28,969 nt of DNA from positions 1 to 28,969 of IMG/VR virus record IMGVR_UViG_3300021092_000143. One strand, written 5' to 3'. The translations under genes and the position numbers were made by a program. Numbering within the stretch: the stretch's first letter is position 1; every line of letters starts with the position of its first letter. Below the pieces are notes generated by a model that saw only the letters and a program-made list of their open reading frames with translations, was not told where the DNA came from and ran no database searches. Source of the stretch: a virus (taxonomy: Duplodnaviria; Caudoviricetes). Positions 17,001 to 26,000 of the stretch are shown here, in pieces.

Positions 17001-20000
17001 TTCTGGTGTTGGAGTTACTGATAAACTTCCAAGTACTCTTTATATCGTAAAGAGCAATGAACTTGGAGTTCAAGTTGCGGCTTCTGCTTCAGATGCTTTA
17101 AAACTTCCACCAAATATTTTAGATATTACAAGTGTTGGAATTGGAACTTCTCACAGGTTTGTTTCCACCAATCAAAATTCTAGAGTATTAATTGGAATAG
17201 ACAACCTAATTCAATCCCCTATTGTTTCAACTGCAATAACAACTACTCTTGCAGAAGAAGTAAGAATCACTGATGAGAGATTAACATTCTCTGGAATTAC
17301 ATCATTCTTTGGAGGAGACTTGATTAAGATTGATGATGAAATTATGAGAATAAATTCTGTTGGATTGGGATCAACTAATGTCATCTTAGTCCAAAGATTC
17401 TGGATGGGAACAGGTATTGCATCACATGCTCAAAATTCACTAATAACAAAAGTTAGAGGTGATTATAATATTATTGATAATACTATTAATTTTGTAGAAG
17501 CTCCTTATGGATTAACTCCAATAGGATCTACATCAAATCCACCAGATAGCAGAGATTTTGTGGGTATAGAGACTCATTCTACTTTCCATGGAAGATCATT
17601 CATAAGATCTGGTTTATCCAATGATGTTAATGATTCATATGCTTTCAATTATGTGTTTGATGATATTTCTAGAGATTTTAATGGAATTACAACTTCATTT
17701 TCCATCAAATCTGAAGGTTCTAATATATCCGGAATATCTACAAGTAATGCTATTGTATTGATTAATGACATATTCCAAGGTCCAGAAAGATTTGGTAGTG
17801 TTGATATTTTGGGAGATTATTATCTTACAGAATCTGCGGGTGAAACTCAAATTTCATTTACAGGAACTGCATCTTCTGCTTCATATGATATTAACACAGC
17901 AATTATTCCTCGTGGAGGAATAATTGTATCGGTTGCATCTACTGGAGGATTTGGTTATCAACCATTAGTAGCAGCAGGTGGAACTGCTGTCATTTCTGGA
18001 CTCGGAACAATTCAATCAATTAGTATAGGAAACAGTGGTTCTGGATATAGACCTGGAGTTCAAAGTGTAGTTAATGTTGGAGTAGCAACATCTAGTGTTG
18101 GAAATTATTCCATTGAGTTCATTGGAACTGCTTCAATTAGTGGAGGTCATATTGTTAGCGTAGCTATTACAAATCCAGGAGTTGGATATACGTCAACAAA
18201 TCCACCTATTGTTATATTTGATGATCCACTTTCATATTCAAACATTCCATTAATTTATACTTCATCTTCAAGTGGAGTTGGAACAGAGGCAATAGTTGAT
18301 ATTGTCGTTGGTCAGGGATCTAGTGTAATCTCATTCAATAGTAAAAATTCTGGATATGGATATGGTCAATCAGAAAAACTCACTGTTGCTATCGGTGGAA
18401 CCACTGGAATTCCAACAAATACTTCATTGCCATTCGAACAATTTGAAGTTACTATCGATAGAACATTTAGTGATGAATTTTCTGGTTGGTCTATTGGAGA
18501 TCTTCAAGTCATTGATCCATTCGATTCACTATTTGATGGAGAAAGAACAACTTTCCCAATTAGAATAAATGGCAATCAAACAACAATGAGGTCCAAAAAA
18601 GGATCTAATATTGAAGTTAAATCCAATTTATTAATCTTTATTAATGACATATTACAGGTTCCAGATATTTCTTACATATTTGAAGGTGGAAGTATAATTA
18701 CTTTTGTCGAACCACCTAAAGTTGGAGATAAATCCAAAGTACTATTCTACAAAGGAACTGGAAATGTAGATACTGTCAATGTTGATATTTTAGAGACTAT
18801 CAAGGAAGGAGACACTGTTAAGATTAATAGTGATTTTGTTGGATTAAATCAAGATTCTAGATTGGTAACTGATATCATCTCTACTGATATTTTAGAGACA
18901 AATACTTATTCTGGACCAGGAATTACTGAAGATGAAACTTTATTAAGACCTTTGATCTGGTGTAGACAGACTGAAGATAAGATTATAAACGGACAAGAAG
19001 TTGGAAAAGATAGAATTCTTTACGAACCATTGATTACTCCTACATCAAACTTAATTGAAAATGTAAGCATCTCATCTACACAAATTTGGGTAGAGAGTGT
19101 AAAAACTTTCTTTGATAGTTATGATGAGTACTTGCATGATGGAACTTCCGAGATTCCACAAAATAAAATTACAATCATTTCTCAAAACGATTTAGTTGCC
19201 GCATCCGCTACTGCTGTGGTTTCTGCCGCAGGAACAATATCATCAATTATTATTTCTAATGGTGGTATAGGTTACACTTCAACTAATCCACCAGAAATAG
19301 TAATCGAAAATCCCGTTGGTCTTGGATCAACACAAAGAGCTTCAGTATTATCTGTTGTTTCTTCTGCAGGCACTGTATCTAATATTGTAGTTTCTTCTCC
19401 CGGAACTGGATATACTACATCAAATCCACCAGTAGTATTAATAGAACCACCTGCAGTTACAAAAGAAACAATCGATTCAGTATCTTATATTGGTGATTTT
19501 GGCACTATTGTTGGATATGGTATATCCACAATTTCTGGTTCCGATAAAAACATATTTGATCTTTATATACCACAAGATTCGTTCTTGAGAGATACTGATG
19601 TTGTAGGAACTGCAATTACAGTAAGTCAGATCCAAGTTGGTGACTTCTTTGTTGTTCAAAATTCAAATGTTGGAGCAGCATCTACAAACTTCTTCACATA
19701 TAGAACTAATGGATCAATTATTGGACTTTCTACTCAATATGTCGATGGAATTTATCAAGTAGATACTATCGAAACTCATTACAAAAATGTTGTTGGAGTT
19801 GGAACAACAGTTATCAAGAGAGTATTTGCAGTAGTAGAACCTACAACTGGAATAAGCACTATTGGAATGGGATCATCAACAATATTCTTTGATTCCACGT
19901 ATTATACCTGGGATTATCTCGGAATTACTACTTATTCTGGAGGATCTATTACTACTTCCAACTATATTGGAGAATTTAGTTGGGGAAGAATTTATGATCT

Positions 20001-20109
20001 TTCCAGAAATGAACCGAAAGAATTTAAATCTTATGGTTTTAGTGGAATTAATACTTCTGCAAGTGTAATTCGTTTCAACCCACTTAAGTATAAAAACTAT
20101 GTCAACTAA
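8014..20109 (+). CDS. gp7: baseplate wedge initiator gp7, giant cyanophage type (4031 aa)
   Basis: N-terminal IQNQLPEFV..EFP...FL.QYY and KDFYSSKGT.ESFKILFKALYG; internal RIHDNDYYQYFSY..KS...HTAGFKKFSD; position between gp6 and gp8. Confidence 0.88.
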   Translation: MTGTRIKISSVIQNQLPEFVKEEFPLVVEFLNQYYLSLESEGLPYNLIQNIDKYVKVDNLTNLTDSTVLTSNVSYFDSTINVQSTSGFPDSYGIILIDSEIITYTSKTNTSFTGCVRGFSGITSLENPLNSDELVFSTSSSEQHTSGSKVNNLSILFLQQFFKKVKSQISPGFEDRDFYSGLNESIFVKQSKDFYSSKGTTESFKILFKALYGENVEVIRPQDFLIQPSDAEYRITKDLVVEKLEGDIEDLVNRTIYQDQNDFLDRASGTVTKVEKIIRDSKEYYTLSLDYGYQRDIDVDGTIFGEFTIHPRSKVITSIVDLDPSISGFTTSSTSIDVDSTAGFPNSGNLIVDLPNNTSLTISYEDKTLTQFLGCSGITQEINSGTEIRSDAYAYGQGESGQIKFLVTGVLSDLKLENSQYQNINYPVKIKTLGEDSKDYKANNWFFNIAVEYDLQSHSLIDSSSAPTYSLVFYDDHSFVIGDRVVIKSSIGTQTDAVVVAYNNTKSISIRGNISFSSSFSYRIQKILSRVNSKNYPELSKFTSNVQNVYIDSDNSLFVTAPSLPTYLDQELDIRDKSKTFSGSFSGEELTIGNHSFYTGDAVYYRSSGQENTLGISDGYYFIKKINDTTIKLSKSRPNISNNKFVTFDGFANNDKIELANFVDEVTLESKKIEPQKIIRKLSNLIVNGDKEVTEPGSTGVLVNGVEILNYKSPDSIFYGPIEKINVISSGDNYDVINPPVLEITDEVGTGVTAYCAVTGSLRKINIIDGGFDYLNDPKIIVSGGGGSEASARVNLISFDHEVYFNSESSSSLVDLSSNTITFPEYHKFRDNELVIYDPEGQTSVGGLSTNSQYFVSVQNGYTIKLHKNLDDSVSGINTISLTSFGIGNHKFQSTNKKKKIGSILIPNGGNGYSNKKRVSKSTGINTASNTIEIFDHGYSDGDILVYSFTENPIVGLATTSTYYVSVVDENKFKLSNVGVGTQEKDFFKKTNQFINFESVGSGLHIFNYEPITVRASGVIGVSTLSDQDFNAVLQPIFRGEIDSVFVQDGGSSYGSEEILNYVRQPNFILRSGSGAQLTPVINNGKIENVIVNYSGSYYNSPPDLVINGPGFGAVLTPILSNGTIASVVIVSSGSGYVEGKTTIDVIPSGSSANLSAQIKSWNVNLVERFIQSNQITEDDGIATVGLHKFGLQYSHLYAPRKFRTSVLGTRFDNGETIYEPDLTLLNGRETDSRSHSPIIGWAYDGNPIYGPYGYTSISGGRVRQMISGYQILPQQNRPNSTIYPLGFFVEDYTFINGGDLDENNGRFCVTPEYPNGTYAYFSTVSELVETSGSFKNYKKPVFPYFIGNTYKSKPIDYNFSTNSNQIDFDINKTGWLRNTSPYNLMNSNSGYAYITNPNDIRNQYSIAKSISSGQITSVGILTGGENYQVGDSIEFSARSLDSIPPKAFVSFVEGKSVTSISATTSIVTNVEFYKFRDDQKYTAISTSPHYFNNLDFVNFNANQEYNNYSQVNIATNVLRLTSGVGSTTSTGSVTYFNVSGNLSDTAIQENDIYRISNELVKVLNVDVVSSRIRVLRNTNEFVGVTSYSAGEVLTEVPRRMSLNFNIINDYNLNSRNRQQYFDPQNTVGLGTTSGVGITSTIVFSNPGVGITQVTIPTRSLYIPNHNLENGDELVYSSNGGSSISISTDGISSFQLSDNSILYATKISNDIIGLSTFRVGLSSIGSYIGLGTTSASLLYFTGVGLGNTHSLETNYPNILVGEISKNIVTVSTASSHGLFLNNSVILDITSGLTTSLNVKYNDYSRRTIINERSFGSSDVDIVKNTISIENHGFTTGQKVIHTSTVPCGGLIDEKIYYVIVVDRNTIQLSNTQYYSTRKERDVANITSSSIGNILPINPPIKLVKGEGLQIQVSDPSLSFIKNSILYSAFDLNFYTDSDFKNKFDFSQSDFVEVVRSGKVGIDTTATVTLRTTNTTPNILYYKLDPINTNLSLDTKKESIVDKEVIGFGQISILESVYSGQKKVIGISTNTFNFLSENTPEVSSYNSESSDISYITNSNNVYGPINSIKIKNSGRNLKELPSISKIQTGIGTKALLDLESKNIGSILNYQIQDIGFEYPSDLTIRPTAKATEILKIKTQSSFNSIGISSVGKGYSLSPNLIVLDGLTGNIVNDVDLRYTLGSTNVEILKNTKGINNVTPTIIPINNTNGVRISSLDFNSSSKEVIVTLGSSFSNVSDFPFEIGDKVLIENVSVGVGSTGTGYNSENYNYALFTLTNTTPNIGGIGATVAYSLTEYLKNGEIPGTFNNENSSARIIPQKHFPIFNIDLEKNEFYVGEEVYSNESLSEGKVIDWDPSSEYLKISTSDQFTEGQTIIGKSSSSRGMISSLIETKGSYTVSSSSIVKKGWEKETGILDNQFQRIHDNDYYQYFSYALKSQVPFDTWGDAVGNLNHTAGFKKFSDLIIESSVTTSGITTSQDSGDFTGIADLSRSIDLNCVYDFDLVKENNFSIDGKIKSNEIVFNSRIIQDYIESIGNRVLLIDDVSDQFNSNPRPTQFSIVDTFGLDSRSIKFLTFVRDRRFSEQKQVSLVTLVHDGSNGYINQYGAVDTYGNMGFFDFSIAGDEGNLLFYPTRSLINDYNISCVSFDIRDTISSIGSTDLGSTVFVGSSTTTISSGSSSPITVVGIASTYRSSKVIVQIGATDSSYYEFDEITLIHDGTDIILQEYGQLASGSLVTYSESGIGTYNAYYSGSNINIDLIPNNTTTVSYNINSIRVSIANSSSTSTGVESFNNSVLQSNYVAISSTPSPGITTIATYSSAYSGSYFIVSVEDLTNNQYQVSEVVVAHDDVDPHITEFGIINTNSSIGLIDINFVPSTGSVDLTFTPNPDIDVEVRVYQNSIGLVNDAIPYREIDFTNAFIRTGYGDYEASQSNVRRSFQLTYNQNPIFERYFDGSSSSIVDIDNDVIIIPEHFFVTGEKVAYTIAGAGSTQAIGIATTTISGVGVTDKLPSTLYIVKSNELGVQVAASASDALKLPPNILDITSVGIGTSHRFVSTNQNSRVLIGIDNLIQSPIVSTAITTTLAEEVRITDERLTFSGITSFFGGDLIKIDDEIMRINSVGLGSTNVILVQRFWMGTGIASHAQNSLITKVRGDYNIIDNTINFVEAPYGLTPIGSTSNPPDSRDFVGIETHSTFHGRSFIRSGLSNDVNDSYAFNYVFDDISRDFNGITTSFSIKSEGSNISGISTSNAIVLINDIFQGPERFGSVDILGDYYLTESAGETQISFTGTASSASYDINTAIIPRGGIIVSVASTGGFGYQPLVAAGGTAVISGLGTIQSISIGNSGSGYRPGVQSVVNVGVATSSVGNYSIEFIGTASISGGHIVSVAITNPGVGYTSTNPPIVIFDDPLSYSNIPLIYTSSSSGVGTEAIVDIVVGQGSSVISFNSKNSGYGYGQSEKLTVAIGGTTGIPTNTSLPFEQFEVTIDRTFSDEFSGWSIGDLQVIDPFDSLFDGERTTFPIRINGNQTTMRSKKGSNIEVKSNLLIFINDILQVPDISYIFEGGSIITFVEPPKVGDKSKVLFYKGTGNVDTVNVDILETIKEGDTVKINSDFVGLNQDSRLVTDIISTDILETNTYSGPGITEDETLLRPLIWCRQTEDKIINGQEVGKDRILYEPLITPTSNLIENVSISSTQIWVESVKTFFDSYDEYLHDGTSEIPQNKITIISQNDLVAASATAVVSAAGTISSIIISNGGIGYTSTNPPEIVIENPVGLGSTQRASVLSVVSSAGTVSNIVVSSPGTGYTTSNPPVVLIEPPAVTKETIDSVSYIGDFGTIVGYGISTISGSDKNIFDLYIPQDSFLRDTDVVGTAITVSQIQVGDFFVVQNSNVGAASTNFFTYRTNGSIIGLSTQYVDGIYQVDTIETHYKNVVGVGTTVIKRVFAVVEPTTGISTIGMGSSTIFFDSTYYTWDYLGITTYSGGSITTSNYIGEFSWGRIYDLSRNEPKEFKSYGFSGINTSASVIRFNPLKYKNYVN

Positions 20110-20115
20110 TAAATA
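20109..20115 (+). promoter_or_regulatory. T4-type late promoter (ATAAATA)
   Basis: Overlaps the gp7 stop, 21 nt upstream of ATG 20137. Confidence 0.7.
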
Positions 20116-20136
20116 TTCATAAAGGTATAACTATCG

Positions 20137-21414
20137 ATGGCAAGACAAGGAATAAATACTGGTTCTTCCCCAGATGCAGGAGATGGTGATGCACTATTAA
20201 CAGGTGCTATTAAAATTAATGCCAACTTTAGTGAAATTTATACGGCCATCGGAGATGGAACTAATCTGTCTCCAGGAATTGTAACATCTATTGTTGCCGG
20301 TACTAATGTAACAGTATCTGGATCAACAGGACAGGTAACTATAAATGCTTCAGGGGTTGGTGGATCATCATCTCAGTGGGTATCAACAGCATCAGGAATT
20401 CATACACTTTCAAATGTTGGAGTAGGAACCACAAATCCAACATCTGCTCTTACAGTAAAAGGAAATACTTCTCTTGAAACTTTAAGTGTTTCTGGTGTTT
20501 CTACATTTGCTGGTATTACTACAGTCACTGGGACAACACTATTTGCTAAACAACTTAATGTTTCTGGTGTTGTTACAGCATCATCATTCGTTGGTGATGG
20601 ATCAGGATTAACTAATCTTCCTGGCGGTGGTGGTGGTATTGCTGGTATTAATACATCTGGAACTTCGACTTTTAATCAATTAAACACAACACAGTTAAAT
20701 GTTTCTGGTGTTTCTACATTCCAAAACAGTGTTTATGTTACAGGTCAAAATAGATTGTATTTTGGAAGTTCTGATTTAGGAATTTTTTATCAAACATCAC
20801 CTTCGGCATCAAATTATATTGTAGGTTTTAATAATGTTCCATTAACAATTTGGGCAGATAATCTTACTCTTGGTGCTCAAAACGGTGAAAACTTTGCAAC
20901 ATTTACTACTAATGGTTCTGCTTCTCTTTATTACGATAACTCCAAGAAATTTGAAACTCTTGGAACTGGTGTAACAATCACTGGAACTACCTTTACAAAT
21001 CAGTTAAGTATTTCTGGAAATACAAATTCTGCTGGAATTATCACTGCCACAAGTTTCAGAACCAATACAACTGTTGGTGATGGAACAGATATTGGATTTG
21101 CTCTCAAATACTATATAACCTCAAGTGGAGCTTCTGCATATAGACTCGCTGGCCCTGGAGTATTGAATAGCACCGATAATCCAACTCTTTACTTACATAG
21201 AGGATTTACTTATATTTTTGAAAATTCTACAGGTGGATCTCATCCATTTGCGATTCGCACAAGCAGTGGAGGATCTGGTTATACTACTTCATTCTTGAGT
21301 GGATCTCAAACTGGAACGCAAATATTTACAGTTCCTTTTGATGCTCCAAATACTTTAGTTTATCAATGCACTCATCACTCAGGTATGGTTGGAACCCTTA
21401 ATATCGTTACGTAA
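20137..21414 (+). CDS. virion structural/short-fibre-like protein with baseplate-attachment N-terminus and C-terminal cupredoxin-like domain
   Basis: N-terminus INTGSSPDAGDGD.L..GAIKINANFSEIY resembles gp9/gp10-type attachment motifs; L(N/S)VSGVSTF fibre repeats; C-terminal HPF...YQCTHHSGMVG. Confidence 0.75.
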   Translation: MARQGINTGSSPDAGDGDALLTGAIKINANFSEIYTAIGDGTNLSPGIVTSIVAGTNVTVSGSTGQVTINASGVGGSSSQWVSTASGIHTLSNVGVGTTNPTSALTVKGNTSLETLSVSGVSTFAGITTVTGTTLFAKQLNVSGVVTASSFVGDGSGLTNLPGGGGGIAGINTSGTSTFNQLNTTQLNVSGVSTFQNSVYVTGQNRLYFGSSDLGIFYQTSPSASNYIVGFNNVPLTIWADNLTLGAQNGENFATFTTNGSASLYYDNSKKFETLGTGVTITGTTFTNQLSISGNTNSAGIITATSFRTNTTVGDGTDIGFALKYYITSSGASAYRLAGPGVLNSTDNPTLYLHRGFTYIFENSTGGSHPFAIRTSSGGSGYTTSFLSGSQTGTQIFTVPFDAPNTLVYQCTHHSGMVGTLNIVT

Positions 21415-21431
21415 ATCAATCTAATCTAATC

Positions 21432-21438
21432 ATAAATA
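21432..21438 (+). promoter_or_regulatory. T4-type late promoter (ATAAATA)
   Basis: Intergenic, 17 nt upstream of gp8 ATG. Confidence 0.75.
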
Positions 21439-21455
21439 GATAAAAAACTCATAAA

Positions 21456-23009
21456 ATGTCCGCAATTATAACTGATCAATTAAGAATACTGAATGCTAAG
21501 AGTTTTGTTTCTGCAGCAACCTCCTCTTCAAATTCTTATTATGCTTTTGTAGGTCTTCCTAATGCGACTGATTATTCATCTACTTGGGATGTAACTCCTC
21601 CAGCACCAAAGGATAACTTTGATCAGGAGAATGATTATTGGGATACGATGATTGCTCTCAAGAAGATTGGAGAAGATGATGTAAAGCAAGTTGTCCGTAA
21701 AGTCACCTGGCAGTCAGGAACAACTTATGATATGTATCGTCATGATATTAGTAGAACCAATACTTCTAAGCCTTCTGGAGCAACGAGTTTATATTCCGCA
21801 AATTATTATGTTGTAAACAGTGATTATAGAGTTTACATTTGTTTGCGGAATGGAACTTCTCCAGAAAATCCAGAGGGAAGACCATCTTTAGATGAACCAA
21901 CATTTGTAGATTTGGAACCCAGATCTGCTGGATCTAGTGGAGATGGATATGTATGGAAGTATCTCTATACAATAAATCCAAGTGACATCATAAAATTTGA
22001 TTCTGTAAATTATATTCCAGTTCCAAAAGATTGGGAAACTAGTTCTACGAATGCTGCTGTTAGGGATAACGCATCAACAAGTGGACAACTGAAAATTGTA
22101 ACCATAACTAACCGTGGAGTTGGTTTAGGGACAGCAAATAGAACTTATACAAATGTTCCAATTAGAGGTGATGGATCTGGTGCTGAGTGTACCATTGTCA
22201 TTAATAATGATTCTAAAGTAGAAACGGTAACAATTTCCAAAGGTGGGTCTGGCTATACTTATGGAACTGTTGACCTGGTAACAGGAGGTGTTCCAACAGG
22301 GTCTACTTCACCTGTTTTTAATGTCATTATACCTCCTCAAGGAGGTCATGGTGCTGACATTTATAGAGAATTGGGTGCATATAACGTCTTAATTTATTCT
22401 AGAATTGAAAATGATTTAGAAAACCCAGATTTTATTGTTGGCAATCAAATAGCAAGAATTGGAATTGTAGAAAATCCACAAGCATATGATTCTACGTCAA
22501 TCTTAAATTTATCAAAGGCAAGTGCTGTAGGAGCATTAAAACTCACTGGAGTTGGATATAGTAGTGCATCTTTCCCAGCAGATAGTAGAATAACTCAAAC
22601 AGTCGGAGTTGGATCAACAGCTGTTGGAAGAGTAATATCTTATGACCAAACTACAGGAGTATTGAAATACTGGCAGGATAGATCTTTGTCTGGATTTAAT
22701 ACTGATGGATCTGCAAATATTAACCCAGTTTACGGATTCAAACTGAACAGATTTAGTTCAACAGTCAGTACAGGGGGAACTACTACTATTACTGGAATTA
22801 ATAATACTTTATCACTGGATACAAACTTTACTGGTATATCTACAGTAATAAATAGTAGGACATACTATTTGGGTCAATCGTTTACATCTGGAGTTTCTAA
22901 TCCTGAAGTTAAGAAGTACTCGGGAAATATCATTTATGTAGATAATAGACCTTCGATCACTAGATCATCAAATCAAAAAGAAGATATCAAAGTCATTTTG
23001 CAATTCTAA
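21456..23009 (+). CDS. gp8: baseplate wedge subunit gp8
   Basis: MSAIITDQLRILNA, W..GTTYDMYRHD, YRVYICLRNG, DGYVWKYLYTI and C-terminal SGNIIYVDNR..ITRSSNQKEDIKVILQF. Confidence 0.93.
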   Translation: MSAIITDQLRILNAKSFVSAATSSSNSYYAFVGLPNATDYSSTWDVTPPAPKDNFDQENDYWDTMIALKKIGEDDVKQVVRKVTWQSGTTYDMYRHDISRTNTSKPSGATSLYSANYYVVNSDYRVYICLRNGTSPENPEGRPSLDEPTFVDLEPRSAGSSGDGYVWKYLYTINPSDIIKFDSVNYIPVPKDWETSSTNAAVRDNASTSGQLKIVTITNRGVGLGTANRTYTNVPIRGDGSGAECTIVINNDSKVETVTISKGGSGYTYGTVDLVTGGVPTGSTSPVFNVIIPPQGGHGADIYRELGAYNVLIYSRIENDLENPDFIVGNQIARIGIVENPQAYDSTSILNLSKASAVGALKLTGVGYSSASFPADSRITQTVGVGSTAVGRVISYDQTTGVLKYWQDRSLSGFNTDGSANINPVYGFKLNRFSSTVSTGGTTTITGINNTLSLDTNFTGISTVINSRTYYLGQSFTSGVSNPEVKKYSGNIIYVDNRPSITRSSNQKEDIKVILQF

Positions 23010-23015
23010 AGAATT

Positions 23016-26000
23016 ATGCCACAGGAAACTAACCTCAACGTCTCTCCATACTTTGACGATTTTGATTCGGAAAAAAATTATTATAAGGTTTTATTTAAAC
23101 CTGGATATCCTGTTCAGGCTAGAGAGTTAAATAATCTCCAATCTATATCACAATACCAAACAGAACAATTTGGAAAGCATATTTTCAAAGAGGGTTCTGT
23201 AGTAATTCCTGGACAGTTAAGGTACGATAATCCACTTTATGCTGTAGAAATCGAATCTCAGTACAGTGGCGTTCCTGTATCATTGTATTTTGATAATCTT
23301 CTTGGATCAAGAATTAGAGGATCAATTAGTGGAGTGACTGCAGAAGTAGTCTATTTACTTAAGGCAGAAGATTCTGAAAGAGGAAATAATACAATTTATG
23401 TAAAGTATCTTCAAAGTGGTGGGGAAGATTTTGATACTAAAATTTTTAGCAATGGAGAAACTTTACTTTTAGACACTCCAGTTTCTTACGGAAACACAAC
23501 CATTCAAGTTGGTCAGGGATTTTGTAATGTTTTAACAGAAAATGGATTATCTGAGGGAAGTTCCGTTTCTGTTGCAGATGGTGTATATTTCGTTCGTGGT
23601 ATCTTCGCTAATGTTAGTGCTCAGACTATACTTTTAGATCAATACGGAGTAAATCCATCATATAAAGTTGGATTTGAAGTTTTAGAATCTGTAGTAAATT
23701 CAGACGAAGATCCAGATTTAGTAGATAATGCTCAGGGATTTTCAAATTATGCAGCACCTGGTGCAGATAGATTCAAATTAGAGTTAATTTTAACAAAAAA
23801 AGATATTAATGATAATGATGTAGGATCATTCGTAGAGATTCTTAGAGTTCAGAATGGCTCTCCTCAATTCTTTACAAAAAATGCACAATATAATCTAATT
23901 CGTGATGAACTAGCAAGAAGAACTAGTGATGAGTCCGGAGATTATTTTGTAAAACCATTCACTCTCTTTGTCAGAGACTGTTTGAATGATAGAACTCTTT
24001 CGGATGGAATGTTCTTTGAGGGACAGAGAACTCCACAAGGAAATGTGGCATCTGAAGATTTGATGGTTTATGAGATTGGTCCAGGAAAAGCATATGTTAG
24101 TGGTTATGATGTAGAAACTATTTCAGCAACTTTGTTAGATGTACCTAAAGCAAGAACTACTGAAACAGTAACTTCAGAATCCGTATCTTATAATGCAGGT
24201 TCTCTTGCTATTGTCAATAGAGTTTATGGTTCAGTAACTCCAGGTCTTGGGACAGATGCTGTAGTTAGCTTAATGGATTCTAGAATAGGATCTACCAGTT
24301 ATGTTGCTGCAGGAACAACTATTGGTTATGCAAGAGTATATGAGTATCTTCCAGAAACAAATTATGTTGATGACACAAGTAGATTTGAGTTAAGATTATT
24401 CGATATTTCAACATTCACTCAAATTGGTTTAACAACATCACTCACATCCACTTTAACAACACCAGCATATGTTGAGGGTAAAAGAAGTAATGCTTCGGGA
24501 TATCTTGTTGAAAGTGTTTCTTCTGGCAATAGAATTCTAAATCTCTATCAAGTTTCCGGTTCTTTTATAGAAAATGAACCGATTGTCATCAATGGAATTG
24601 AAGATACTAGATTGATCAATTTTGTAAGAGACTATTCTATTGGGGATGTAAAATCGGTATATTCTCAAACTGGAATTACTACTTTCAATGCAGATTTTGC
24701 ATTGAATAAAAAGTCTTATATTGCTAGACCTGGAACTACTTTTAGTATTACTAATGGAACTTCTGGAATCAGTACGGTATCTGCTGGATTGGAATATAAT
24801 TTCACAAGAATATTAAAATCGGGAGATATTATTTCATATTCACTCAATGGAAGTGATCCTGTATATAATAAAGTAACAAATGTTAGTGCTGCGGGAACTT
24901 ATTTTGAAGTACAAGCTTTAACATCGGTAAGTGGAATTTGTAACGGTTCTTTAAGAACTTCAGACACTTCTGTTTCGAATATAATCAAAGTAAGTACAAA
25001 TATCAATTCAAAAAATAGTTCTTTAGTAACTAGACTGACAAGAAAAAATATTGAGTCAATTAACTTTTCAGAAAATGAAGTAATTCAAAGAAGAGTATTT
25101 ACCAGTACTTTCTCTTCAAATACCATTTCAATAACAGTACCACCAGAAGATCAAGACATTTTCTTCGAATCTTTTGATGAAGATAGGTATGTGATCTCTT
25201 ATGAAGATGGAACTTATGAAACTCTTCGTAGAGATCAATTTTTACTAAGTGTTACTGGAAAAACGGCAACTTTTTCTGGATTATCAAAGGCATCTGGTAA
25301 TGCTGAAATAATTGCTACAGTAAAGAATGTTGGAGCAAGTTCAAAATCTAAAAAATTAAATAAAACTTCTTCTATTATAGTTTCCAACTCAAAGTTATCA
25401 TCATCTGGAATTGGAACTACAACATTAAACGATGGACTCACTTATAGCAATGTTTATGGAACAAGAGTTCAAGACAGAGAAATAAGTTTGAATGTTCCAG
25501 ATGTTCTTAGATTCTTGGCAATTTATGAGTCTGATGATAGTAATGATCCAACTCTTCCATATCTTACTTTAAGTGGATTCAGTGGACCATCAAACAATAA
25601 CTCTGATTTTATTGTTGGAGAACAAATTGTAGGAAGTTCTTCGGGTGCAGTTGCATTAGTATTCTCTAAGAAAGATTCTGACAAGATAGAATATGTATTC
25701 TTAAATACCTTCAAGTTTAGTATTGGCGAAACCGTTTTAGGTAAAGAGTCTAATATTCAAGCTATAGTTTCTGCAAAAACAAATGGTAGCAAAAATGTTT
25801 CTGCAAATTATTACTTAGATGGTGGTCAAAGAGGATCATACTACGACTATGGAAGAATAATTAGAAAAAGAAATGTTTCTGAACCAAAAGGAAAATTAAA
25901 AGTAATATTCCAGAATTATACTATAGATTCGTCAGATACTGGAGAATTTATAACTGCTAATAGTTATGATGTATCAAATTATAAGCATGATGTTCCTTAT

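Noticed and set aside
21100-21414. Calling the cupredoxin-like region petE (plastocyanin AMG)
   Set aside because: No signal peptide; it is a C-terminal domain of a structural protein in the late baseplate operon.
22848-22854. ATAAATA inside gp8 (also 20152-20158 inside the fibre gene) as late promoters
   Set aside because: Within coding sequence of an AT-rich genome; possible but unsupported without TSS data.
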